Assembly (NCBI GenBank): GCA_043228905.1
Contig: JBHGNT010000018.1
Coordinates: 13,454,001-13,518,000 of the forward strand
Source of the DNA: Azolla caroliniana
Lineage: Eukaryota; Plantae; Polypodiophyta
DNA: 64,000 nt
Direction: 5' to 3'
Positions 1 to 11,751 of the stretch are shown here, one piece after another (within the stretch, counting starts at the first letter, position 1; each line of letters opens with the position of its first letter). The notes under the pieces are model-generated. The model had not been told where the DNA came from. It saw only the letters and a list, made by a program, of their open reading frames with translations, and searched no databases. Position numbers and translations under genes: made by a program.

Positions 1-201
1 ATGTGATGACCTATGCAAGGGGAGTAGTGTCATGGAAGTCACGACTGTAGAAGTCTGTAGCCTTGTCGACTACAGAGACAGAGTATATAGCAGCAGTAGA
101 GGCCGGAAAAGAGCTGATATGGATGAGAAATTTTCTCACCGAATTAGGCATGAAGCAAAATGAGTTCTTGCTTCACTGTGACAGCCAAAGCACCATACAC
201 T
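1..201 (+). pseudogene. Ty1/copia pol RNase H remnant, left part (continues at 5988)
   Basis: Translates as VMTYARGVVSWKSRL*KSVALSTTETEYIAAVEAGKELIWM...LHCDSQSTIH, homologous to the RNase H of the intact copia ORF at 59396-63469; cut by the gypsy insertion at 202. Confidence 0.92.
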
Positions 202-260
202 TGTCGAGACTCGTGGGTAGAAGATAGAGTGAGAGCAAGAGTGAGAGCGAAAGAGAGAGG

Positions 261-291
<31 letters not shown>

Positions 292-687
292 TGAGAGAGA
301 GTGAGAGAGATAGAGTGAGAGAGATAAGACTTGAAATAGAAATGAGATTATATTATGATGAAACAAGATTACAATGAGTAGGCTAAGGGCTAAAGACTGG
401 TGTTGAACCGAATGAGTTGAAACGAATGTATAGACAGTTATTTATAGGTCCTTATGGAGTAATCTAGAATGTTCTAGAATATTTTAGATTTTATGATAAG
501 AAATATAATCATGAAATATTAAAGGATGTTCTAGAATGTTCTAGAATATTCTAATATCTTGTAATAACTAGAAACATAATTATTATAATCACACAACATA
601 TATGTATTACAATGGTTAAGGGTTCAACACATAGACCAAGAAGTCGTGGGTTCGATTCTTGATAACCAAAATGTTGTCTTCATGACA
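202..687 (-). repeat. 3' LTR of T1
   Basis: TGTCGAG...CATGACA termini; near-identical to 5523-5987; adjacent to the PPT (minus strand AAAGGGGGGGA). Confidence 0.95.
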
Positions 688-3600
688 TTATCCCCCCCTT
701 TCGATGACGAGTTCCACGAGTCGGAAGACAAGAGTTCGGACTTGGTTTATGGGGATATTTGTCGTGAAATGCAACAACCATGTCGGACGCATTAGCAAGA
801 TGCTCGGCAGGCTCCCATGTTCGATCATTAGGTGTATAACCTAACCAATCAACCAAATAATATAATTTGTTGAGGATGATCTTGGAGTCGAGAATAGCAG
901 AAACCTCATATTCTGAGCCATTGGAAACTTCGATTGGAGGTGGGGAAGGTGTAAGACGACCCGGAATAGAGCTTGTTGTGTAGGGCTCCAAAAGTGAAAC
1001 ATGGAAGACTAGGTGAAGACGCATATGAGGAGGGAGATCAAGACGAAATGTCACACCATTGATCTTACCAGAGATCACATATGGGCCAAAACGTTGATAA
1101 TCCAATTTGTAGCAAGGTCGAGTGGTTTTAATGCTACCTTGTAAGAGCCATACACGATCTCCTACTTGAAACTTAGTCAATGAATCACGTAGATGACGAT
1201 CAGGAATCTTCTTTTGAGTGTTTTGGGCATCATATAAATGATGCAAAAGTATATCATGAACTTCTTGGAGTCGAGTGAGCCGATCTTGGGCAGCCGGGTT
1301 TTTCGGGAGTTCGGGATGTTCAAGCATCGTCCAACGAGGATGGTACCCAATGTTAGCAAAAAATGGGGAATATCCAATAGAAGAATGTTCGGAATTGTTG
1401 TAAGCAAATTCCGCCAAATGTAATAAATCCACCCAATCATCTTGTTGATAGTTGACAAAACAACGTAGATATTGTTTGACTGTTTGGTTGGTGTGCTCAC
1501 TCTACCCATTAGTCTCTGGATGGTAGCCGGAAGAGAGTTTACAAGAAGTATGTAAGAATTTGAACATGTGCCACCAAAATTTCGAGATGAATTGGGGACC
1601 CCGATCAATGATAATGTCATCCGGAAAACCATGATGGCGAAACACCTCCCGCATGAGTAAATCGGTTGTCTCTTGACTAGTAATGGTCTTCGTACATGGA
1701 AGGAAATGCGCCATCTTCGTAAAATGATCGACTACCGTGAGCATAGAATCAAATCCCTTGGGCTCTCTGGAAGATCCGTACTAAAGTCCAAGGAAATAGA
1801 TTTCCATGGGCTCCAGAATAGGCATTGGTTGTAATAGGCCATATGGATGATGTCGAGGCTTTTTTGATCGGCAACATGTATCACAACTACGAACATAATC
1901 CGTAACAAAATGGCGAAGCCGTGGCCACCAATATCCACGAGAAATCAACTCAAAAGTCTTGTGGATGCCGAAATGTCCAGCCATTGGCGTGTCATGACAT
2001 TGTTGCACGACTTTGAGTCGAGAAGGACCGTCAGGCACATACAAGAGAGTTTGTCAAAAAAGCAAACCATCATGCCAATTGAACAGGGTGTAGTCTAGAC
2101 AAGGATTTTTAGATTGAGAGCTGGAAGCCCGATCTGGGATAATATGACTCAAAACCTCTTGGGCGAATGCATCTGTCGCAATCTGCTCCCGAATGGAATC
2201 AAGAAACCTCGAATCTCCTGGTGTGTTGATAGTATGTATTGCCATTACTCGTAGACGATCAGGACCTAAGAGGATTTGCTTTTGACTTTCAAATGCGGCC
2301 TCTCCTGGTTGAAGTTCCATATACGAACGTCGAGATAAAGCATTTGCTTTTCCTTGTTGCATCCCAGGGCGATATAGAATTACAAAATCAAAACGAGTTA
2401 AGAACTGCCCCCAACGAGCTTGTCGACGTTTCAAGACTTGAGCAATTTGGAAGTATGTTAGATTTTTGTGATCATTGAAGACAATAATCTGTTGAGAAGA
2501 ACCCTCCAAAAAATGACACCATTGTTGAAAAGAATCCACAATGGCAAGAAGCTCTTTGTCGTGAATCTCATAGTTGATTTCTACGGCTTGAAATTTCCGT
2601 GAGTGAAAAGCCACGGGGTGCAGTTCGCCATCTTCACCAATCTGGGATAATACGCTTCCAAGTGCAAAATCAGATGCATCAGCTTCAAGTATAAAGCGCC
2701 TCATTGGATCGACATGCATTAAAATTGGTGCAGATGTAAACGCTTGCTTTAAACCCTCAAATGCAGAGTTCGCATCTATACCCCATACAAATGGTTGATT
2801 CTTGCGCGTTAATTGAGTGAGGGGCAATATAATCTTTGAATAATCTTTGATGAATTTGCGATAAAAGTTTGCGAACCCCAAAAAACATTGTACATCGCGC
2901 ACAGACTGTGGTGTTTGCCAATCCAAAATTGTTTGAACCTTTGATGGATCCATAGAGATGCCATTTGAAGAGACTATGTACCCCAAAAATTCCACTTGAC
3001 ACTGGTCGAAACTACACTTCTCCAATTTTGCATAGAGACCATACTCTCGTAACCGTTGCAAAACTTGGCGAACATGTATCTCATGCTCCTCTTGAGTTTT
3101 TGAGTAGATCAAGATATCATCCAAGTAAACTATGATGAAGATATCGAGGAAGTCTCGAAAAATGTCATTCACCATATGTTGGAAAACTGTTGGTGCATTC
3201 GTGAGACCAAATGGCATCACTGTATATTCAAAATGACCATAGCGAGTGCGGAATGCGGTCTTCCATTCATCCCCAGGACGAATGCGAACAAGGTTGTAGG
3301 CACCTCGAAGATCTAACTTTGTGAAAAACTTTGCTCCATTGAGGCGTTCTAGAAGGCTTGAGATCAATGGTAGAGCATATCGGTTTCTAATAGTTACTTT
3401 ATTCAAGCCCTGATAATCCACGACCATACGAAGCGTACCATCTTTCTTCTTAACGAAAAAGATGGGTGCACCAACAGGAGATCTTGAATGTTGGATAAAA
3501 CCATTTGCCAGGTTCTCATCTATATATTCTTGAAGAACCTCTAACTCCGTGGGTGAAAGGTTATAAATTGGCCCCCATGGAGGCTCTTTTCCTGGCTGCA

Positions 3601-4310
3601 AATCAATTGGGCAATCATAGGGTCGATGCTCTGGTAATCTATTAGCCTTCACCTTATCGAACACATCGGAGAATTCTATGTACTTCTTTGGTAATTGCAC
3701 CCCCAATTCTTGTGAGGTAGATGAGTGAGTTGCTAAAACCGCAAACACCATCATGTCTTCCTTCCTTCCATCCTCTCGTAACTGATGTATAGAGATTGTT
3801 GAAATCATGTGGGATCCTAGATCCTTTGTTGGAGTTTCAAGAGACTTGGACTGTACTATGACCTCTTCAATAGTTCTTTTTCTCCAATCAATAGTTGGGT
3901 TATGTAGCTCAAACCAAGGAAGACCAAGAACTAGAGAGTGCTCTGGACTACTAATGATGTTGAATGAGATGATACTAGCCAAATTACCTAGGACTACACG
4001 AATTGATTCAGACTCTTCGACTATATCACCTGATGCTATAGGGCGACCATCAATGACTCCTACAGCTACTGGGTTCGGGAGCTTGTTCAAGATGATGTTT
4101 TGGGTCAATGCAAACTCGCGATCCATGAAACAAGAATTGGCTCCAGAATCTAGGAGGGCAGAGGCTAGGACTCAATGACCTATAGATGTGCTAAGCTCGA
4201 CTTGTGCAGAAAAAACTCTACTAACTTGATTTGATGAAATGGAACCACAACTAGGTACAAACTCTACATATCTAGGATGGTCCAACCAAATGGCTCCTAT
4301 TTTGGCCAGA
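680..4310 (-). pseudogene. pol: T1 pol (protease, RT, RNase H, integrase, group I chromodomain), with stops and frameshifts
   Basis: LLDSGANS protease motif near 4140; RT YLDD and RNase H EADASD in ORF 2054-4126; HHCC and DDE fragments in ORFs 1781-2044 and 1502-1744; GPY motif and chromodomain EYEVSAILD...YLVDWLGY...TWEP in ORF 680-1432. Confidence 0.95.
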
Positions 4311-4311
4311 C

Positions 4312-5438
4312 TTATTCGTTTAACACATCCTCTAATTGGCTCAAGACATCAAATCTATTCTCATGGCATGGATTATTAGGCTTAGTAGTTAAGTTATTAG
4401 AAGTGATAGTAGAACTCATGGTAGGGTTGTCATGTGCACTTACTTGGTAAACTTGTCGTCTGGGTTTATGTGGACAATTCACAGCAATATGTCTTGGACC
4501 ACCACAATAGAGGCATAGGCGATGCGCCCGACGTCGTTGTTTCTCAGCATCTGATAAAGGCCCTCGACGTTGTGTTGACTCTATTTCCATCGGAGTGGGA
4601 CCATCCCTCGTAACGGGTCTGGGACCTTGTGGCGGTGTTGCGACTATTGAAGCATACGTCTGTTCCGGTTGACGGCGTAGCATTTGTTGACATTCAGAAC
4701 ATTGCTCAAATAGGCGATTATCACATCGCACAGCTCGACTAATGGCCTCTGTAAGAGACTTTGGATCTTCATGGAAAGTAAGAAGAAGATCTTTGACATC
4801 GTTACGCAAACCCTGACGAAATTGATCCATTAAGGCGCCTCATCCCAAGGCATGTCACATGCCAAGAGACGGAAATCTGCTGCGTAAGCTGAAGCGGGAC
4901 GATCTCCTTGTCGGAGTCTTCGAATCTTATTTATTGCCGTTCTAGTGCTATCAGTGTCTCCAAAACTAGCTTGATACTCTTTAACGAATGCCTCGAAATC
5001 CTCCAACAATGGTGATTTCTTCTCTAGAAGTGGTGCAAACCATGCTAATGCGGTACCGCTTAGCAAGGTTCCTATTAATCCCACACGAGCAGCATCAGTT
5101 GGGTACCGATTGGGATGTAACTGAATCACCAAACAGACTTGATTCAAGAAACCTCGAAACAAAGATTGGGTACCATCAAACTTGGCAGGGAGGCTAATCT
5201 TTGGTTCCCTTGGGGAGTTTTGAACCCCCGCCGCTTGTTCTCGTAATGTTAATATAGTAGCCTCGAGTTGATGAACCCGTTGTGATAACTCCTCATATTG
5301 ATGAGCTTTCTCGGTACTCACTTGTTGTAAATCCCCAAGTAGCCTATGATTTTCTTGCTCTAATGCCACAAACTTAGTCGTGAGCATGTCGAGCTCAGAA
5401 AGGACACGCATATACTCTTGCTTGCTGACGGATTCCAT
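4312..5438 (-). pseudogene. gag: T1 gag (coiled coil, capsid, CCHC knuckle), one frameshift near 4830
   Basis: ORFs 4830-5438 and 4312-4830: PAKFDG, LRQG.R....Y, F.QGL, CLYCGGPRHIAVNC. Confidence 0.93.
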
Positions 5439-5509
5439 AACTGAGGGAGAAAAAGAAAGAAGGGAAAAGAAGAAAGCTTGCTAGGGTTATTGGAAAAGGA
5501 AACAGAAAT

Positions 5510-5520
5510 ATTCGGTTCAA
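5510..5520 (-). promoter_or_regulatory. Non-tRNA (self-priming type) primer-binding site of T1, TTGAACCGAAT
   Basis: 2 nt inside the 5' LTR; exact complement of ATTCGGTTCAA (minus strand 5712-5702), which starts 33 nt after the LTR TATAAATA. Confidence 0.8.
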
Positions 5521-5522
5521 AC

Positions 5523-5987
5523 TATCGAGACTCATGGGTAGAAGATAGAGTGAGAGCAAGAGTGAGAGCGAAAGAGAGAGGGTGTGTGTGTGTGTGCGTA
5601 AGAGAGAGAGAGAGTGAGAGAGATAAGACTTGAAATAGAAATGAGATTATATTATGATGAAACAAGATTACAATGAGTAGGCTAAGGGCTAAAGACTGGT
5701 GTTGAACCGAATGAGTTGAAACGAATGTATAGACAGTTATTTATAGGTCCTTATGGAGTAATCTAGAATGTTCTAGAATATTTTAGATTTTATGATAAGA
5801 AATATAATCATGAAATATTAAAGGATGTTCTAGGATGTTCTAGAATATTCTAATATCTTGTAATAACTAGAAACATAATTATTACAATCACACAACATAT
5901 ATGTTATTACAATGGTTAAGGGTTCAACACATAGACCAAGAAGTCGTGGGTTCGATTCTTGATAACCAAAATGTTATCTTCATGACA
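5523..5987 (-). repeat. 5' LTR of T1
   Basis: Direct repeat of 202-687; TATAAATA on the minus strand at 5745-5738. Confidence 0.95.
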
Positions 5988-6734
5988 ACACCTAGCTAAG
6001 AACGTGGCATACCACTCCCAGACCAAGCACATATAGAGAAGGTATCACTGGTTATGGGAGAGAGTCGAAGAAGGAGATTTTTTTCTCGAAAAGATCCATA
6101 CTGACGACAATGGATTTGACATGCTGACGAAGAACCTACCTATGGACAGACTCAGAGTCTGTCGACAAAATACAGGACTGACAGATTTCCTCCCACAGGA
6201 GTGAAGGGGGAGTTTGTTGGGATATGTCCCTCAAGTGGGAGGAAGATCCGACTGTTCGGAAAGCCGACAATTGAGGAGTCGAGTTGATGAGGGACTAGGC
6301 TGAGGCCGAAACCGGAATCGTGTACATAACCAACTCGGGAGACTATATTTGTAAATAGTCTGAAAGTTGCGTAAGTATATATGCAACTAAGGCAAACTTT
6401 AGTGAGTGATGAACAGTGTTAGACCTGTAGTGTATAGAAATCAAAGAGAGTGAGAGAGAAGAAGTGTGAGCCGCGCCATAGTTGTGTTTGTAACAGCAGA
6501 CACGAAGAGCCTTGTGTGGCTGATGCGTGGAGAGTGTTGTAATCTTCTCGCTATTGTATATCCACTATTTGTATAGTGAAGAATTTGTTCCCGTGGTTTT
6601 CCCCGTTTTAGGGTTTCCACGTAAATCTCTATGCACCATTGTTCATCTTGTCTTTGCTTGGCATTTTGGTGTGATTCATATTTCAGCGCGTAGTTCCTTC
6701 ATTCTGTTTTATATTCCGCAATGATTTCTCAACA
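5988..6734 (+). mobile_element. Copia RNase H end, PPT and 3' LTR (6215-6734); continuation of 1-201
   Basis: HLAKNVAYHSQTKHI*RRYHW...DMLTK to stop at 6204; PPT GAAGGGGGAG; LTR TGTTGGG...TCAACA. Confidence 0.9.
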
Positions 6735-6756
6735 GAAGTGGCGAAGGTGAATGTCG

Positions 6757-6935
6757 TATTGTGCCTCCAATCAGTGGACAAACCCTCAAATCGATGGAGG
6801 ATGCCTCGTATTTCAGCGATAATATGCCTCAAATCAGTGGAAGGAACCTCAAATTGGTGGAGGAAGCCTCGAATCTGTGTGATATTCTGCCTCAATTCGG
6901 TGGAAGGATCCTCGCCTCGGTGGAATAAGCCTCAA
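6757..6935. repeat. Degenerate tandem repeat, about three units of about 65 bp
   Basis: Recurring TGCCTCAAATCAGTGGAAGGAACCTCAAAT.GGTGGAGGAAGCCTC units. Confidence 0.6.
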
Positions 6936-7472
6936 ATCATCGCGCGATAAACTGCAATTGGTGGAAGAAGTAAGAAAAGCATTCTCAAAGAAGTCATTAT
7001 TGGATGTTTTAAGAGGCCTCGGAACAGTCTCTAATCCTCGACTCAAACCCTAAAACATGTTTAGCATTGAAGCACCCAAATATATGAGATAGGGTTTACG
7101 CACTCTAATGATATACATGCGTAACAAACCTCTCAGATGGGAGGAAAACTAGAAACCTGACATGGATGTCTGAGATGAAGAGCTCAAAGAAACTCAGAGG
7201 GATAGAGGGAGAGGAATTGGTTTGAGGGGAAGCGGCAAAAAACATTCAAATCCACGTGAGGGGAAAATAGCCCCAAAAATGGAAAGAACATCTCCTCACG
7301 TGTTCCCCCCACTCCTTGTCTTAAATGTCACTTGTACTACACTCACCCCACTCCCCAAAATTGTTTTCTTTTTCTCTGATTATTTTTTCAATTATCTAGT
7401 ACTAACAGTATCGAAAGGATTGCCATTTTTTGTGGCCAAAAACAATACTTTTCGGGTACACCGTAGCGTGCT

Positions 7473-9796
7473 TTGGCCCCTCTTCAAAACTATTCATCCT
7501 ACACTACACCATTTACGGACCTATTGAAAGGTATTACAAGAAAGTTCACTAAACTTATTAAGTGGAATGCCTCTCTTGAAGAAACCTTCAATAAGTTGAA
7601 GTCATTAATTGTGGATGCACCTACTTTAGCTATACTTGATCCTAATCAAACATTTGAAGTTGAGATGGATGCAAGTGATTATGCTATTGGGGCTGCATTA
7701 TTTCAAATTGGGAGACCAATTGCTTTTGAAAGCAAAAAATTGGATTCGGCCCAAAGAAATTACTCGATTCAAGAAAAAGAATTATTTGCTATCATTTATG
7801 CCTTAAAGAAATGGCGACATTATTTGTATGGTAGTAAATTCATTGTTTTAACAGACCACAAATCCTTGTAATACATCCTCTCTCAAAAGAATTTTGAGGG
7901 TCAAAAGGCAAGATGGGCAGAGTTGATGCAAAACTTCAATTTCAAAATTAGATATCAAAAAGGGGCTTCGAATTCCATTGTAGATGCCCTAAGTCGTATT
8001 CAAGAAATTAATGCCCTAAGTTTCGTGGAATTTAACAATGACTTATTTGATTTGATCCAGGGTAAACAAAAATACCTTGTTGATAGAACATTTTCCAAGT
8101 GTTGGAAGAGAGTTGAAATAGGTATTGACGTCGATTATGGAACCACATCTACCCTGAAGAACCTTTACTATGTTGCAAATGGGTAATTGTACCACAATAG
8201 TAATGTTTGCATACCACACATAAGGGACATCAAGAATAAAATTCTGTATGAATGTCATGATGCCCCTTCTGTTGGACATCTAGGTGTGCAAAGAACATTA
8301 GCTTTGACTAAATCTAGGTTTTTCTGGCCAAAAATGAAACCTGAGGTAGGGTCCTATGTTATACGTTGTCCACAATGTCAGGTCATTAAGCCCGAGCGAC
8401 GGAAAAAAGCTGGCTTATTGCAACCTCTCGATATTCCAGCTGAAAAGTGGCAAAGTATATCCATGGATTTCATAGTTGGATTACCTCGTTCCACAGAGAG
8501 AAATAATGCCATTTGGGTGGTTGTTGATTAGCCTACCAAGATGGCAAGATTCATTCCAACCAAATCCACAATTATCGCAAAGCAATTGGTTATTAATTTT
8601 ATTAAACATATTTATAGCAAGTACATTTTGGTCAGAAGTTATGCAAAAACTACAAACAACCTTGAGTCTCAATTCTTTTGATCATCCTTAGTCAGATGGG
8701 CAGACTGAGAGAGTGAATCAAATATAGAGGAAATGTTGAGAGCATATGTAGCGCAAAAACCCTCATTATGGGAGACTTACCTTCCTATGGTGGAATTTGC
8801 CTACAACAACGCTAAGCATACATCAACAAAATACAGTTTGTTCATGTTTATGTATGCTTATACGCCACGTCCTCCTATTAATGTTTTGTTTGATTCGCAT
8901 ACTTTGGATAGTATGAAGAATTTTCTCTCTAATATGCTTGAAGCACGTAAGTTAGCAGAAGAAAACCTTAGGATGGCACGGGACAAAAATGTCTTTTATG
9001 CGAATCATAATAGAAAACCAAGGGAATTCCACGTAGGACAACAGGTTTTTCTACGGGTTCCCAAGGACTCAGAAACATTGAGAATAGGACCGTGTGCAAA
9101 ATTAGCCCCACTATATTGTGGACCATATAAAGTTTTAAAATGTATAGGTCCCAATGCTTATCGTGTGGATTTGCCTTCCAATGTTATGGTTCATCCCGTA
9201 TTCCACGTGAGTCGATTAAAGGAGGCGATTGATTATGATGATAATGTTGTATCATCGCCTAATTTATCGACATTGGAGGATGATCATTTTGTTCCACATG
9301 AACCTGAGATAATCCTCGACCATAGGTCGAGAAACCTAAGGTCAAAGGTTGTTCATCACTATAAGGTTAAGTAGAAGGATAGATTGGAAGAAGACAGAGT
9401 GTGGGAAACTGAAGAAACATTACGCAAACATTTTCCTAACTTCCCATTGCAAGATTGCAATTAAACGGTGGGGGGGATTGGTTTAAACGTGCTTACTTGG
9501 GGGCTATCATACTGTAATATCTAAGTCGTTGGCTTTATCAGACTGACCTAATGTGTGTCATTGGGTGCCCCACACATGATTGGTCAGGTAGATGTCATTA
9601 CATGGCCTAGGTCCTATAAATAGGGGATACTCTCCTTAGCAAGGGAGAGCCCCATGAGTGGTTCTGACGAAGTTCTCTTTGATGTGGACTAGTCATCTAC
9701 CAAGGTCCTAACATGGAGATCCAAGTTGGTATGGGACAAATCGGGATTCCTTGTTTATGCTATCGATTCTAGTGCGGGGGCGGATGGGTGGTAACA
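7473..9796 (+). mobile_element. 5'-truncated Ty3/gypsy chromovirus remnant (RNase H, integrase, chromodomain, PPT, probable 3' LTR about 9479-9796)
   Basis: EMDASDYAIGA, HDAPSVGHLG, C..CQ, WQSISMDF, YCGPY, VHPVFHVS, PEIILDHR...YKVK; G-run PPT at about 9470; possible LTR end GTAACA at 9796. LTR start uncertain. Confidence 0.85.
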
Positions 9797-11751
9797 CCTA
9801 TTTTCAGTATTGAGTCACTTATGTCTTTATTTTAGGACTAATGATCTTGGTTATTACAATAAGAGAACACGAGAAGAAAGGAACGAAATGCTAAGAGAAA
9901 AATGGGTGTATTAAGATAGAAAAAGAAGGAGAATGGATGAAAGATATGTAATGAGAGCTAAAGACTGGTGTTGATTCGAGTTGATTTGGGAATACATGTA
10001 TGCCCCTATTTATAGGTTCCTATAGAATAGATTAGAGATTTCTATAATGTTCTAGAATGTTCTAGGACATTCTAGAACATTCTAGAATTATCCAGGGTTT
10101 TTACAATAATGAATGTAATATAAAAAGTAGCTTTTATCCTCTCATCTAACTCTATCTTAATGGTTGAGGTTTTCAATCATGGATTACAAGGTCCTAGGTT
10201 CAAGTCCGGGTGACGCCATAATGGTTATGTGCTCATGACACTTGGGGGGGTGAACCTTTCTCATTTGGATAGGTTTTATGGGGATGCTTTTATGTGGACT
10301 AGACATGGTCAATTAGGAATTATACCTGCTTGTTCTTTTTCTGATCATTCACCTCTTAAATTAAAATTGTCTTTATCATCAACAAGAAGGGCCAGTAGAT
10401 TTAGAAATCCTAACTCCGATTTTCTTAGAGAAGATTGTAAATATTATGTTTAAACTATTTGGTCTAGATATCATTATGATGTTGATGTTGTCTTCACTCA
10501 TGTGGTGCATATGTTGAAGGAAATTCAAGAACTTTTCCTAAAAAAGTGAAATCTTTGTCCCTTGATTGTGACTCCAAGACATAAGCGAGCTTTGACAGCA
10601 TTACAACATTTGCAGCAAAGGTGACCTAAGTCTATAGATTTGGCTGCGAGAGTTATTGACGTAGGGAAAATAATTAAAGATATACAACTGCAGAGGTCGG
10701 ATTTCTGGTATCATAAATCCTCTACAAGATGGACCGATTAGGCTAATGCAATTTGTAAAGAGTTTTTTCAACCTCACCACATTAAATCTCTTAAGTCTCA
10801 CCTAACAAGTATGAGACGTGTTGATGGATGTTTTGCATCAGATGTTGTAGAGATGAGGGATATAGCATCATCTTTTTATCGTCATTTGTTCATTTCTGCT
10901 CCTATTTCAAGAAATAGTTTGATTAAGAGGGATTACATTTGGGCTTTGATCTCTAATTGAGTTTTTTCTCGAATGCATATTGCTTGGGTAAGGATGTTTG
11001 CCCAGGTGTTGATGGGATGGGGGTTTCCTAGTAAATAGAGTTTTGGGATATGATTGGTAATGTTTTAATATATTTGATTCTAAAGGAAGATGGCCCTCTA
11101 GATGATACTTGAAAATGGAGGCCTCTAACGTTACTTAATGTTGTCCATAAGATTTTAGCTTACACAATAACACGAAGAGTGCAACCTTTTTTGCCTCAAT
11201 TATCACATGATTCGCAAATGGGATTTGTTCAAGAAAAAAACTTTTTTGTAACATTTTGTTGTTTTAGGGAATGGTTTCTATTGCAAAGCAACAACATGGT
11301 TTGGCTATTTTGCTTTTAGATTTCAAAAAGGCTTATGATAGAGTGGATTGGGATTTTATGGGAGGGACATTATTGCAAATGGGCTTTCCAGCACAATGGA
11401 TTAGGGCGGTGGCAGCTTTGTATAGGACTGCTCATAACTCTCTTTTGTTTGCAAGTGATATTGGATGTAGATTTTCAATTTTGCGATATGTAAGACAAGG
11501 ATGTCTGCTTGCTCCCTTTCTGTTTATTTTAGTTTCTAAAGCTTTTTCTTGTTACCTTAGGTGTACGAATGTAGATATTCATGATATGGCCTCACCTATA
11601 CAAGGACACATGTCGTTGGTTATTAATTCAGATTTTGTTGATGACACCCCTTTATATGTTTTTGCAAAGAAGAAAAACTTGCGGAATCTTCAACAAGCTT
11701 TAACAGAGCCTTGATCAACTAGGACAAGTCCATGGGCTTTTGGGTTGCGTC
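9797..11751 (+). mobile_element. L1-type LINE remnant (APE endonuclease end and RT)
   Basis: SHLDRFY...SFSDHSPL (ORF 10229); LLDFKKAYDRVDW, VRQGCLLAPFLF, FVDD (ORF 11271). Interrupted by LTR insertions at 9851 and 11752. Confidence 0.88.
9851..10240 (-). mobile_element. Solo LTR related to the T1 LTR, inserted in the LINE
   Basis: TSD CTTGG at 9846-9850 and 10241-10245; ends CATGACA; shares GCTAAAGACTGGTGTTGA, TATTTATAGG and TTCTAGAA arrays with T1. Left terminus degenerate. Confidence 0.8.

Larger units (their letters stand above)
202..5987 (-). mobile_element. Full-length degenerate Ty3/gypsy chromovirus, Tcn1-like (element T1)
   Basis: Two LTRs (202-687, 5523-5987), TSD ACACT/ACACC, PPT at 691-701, domain order gag-PR-RT-RH-INT-chromodomain on the minus strand. 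Confidence 0.95.

Noticed and set aside
10153-10218. Possible true tRNA genes in LTRs
   Set aside because: A/B boxes present but no complete acceptor or anticodon stems; reported only as tRNA-like modules.
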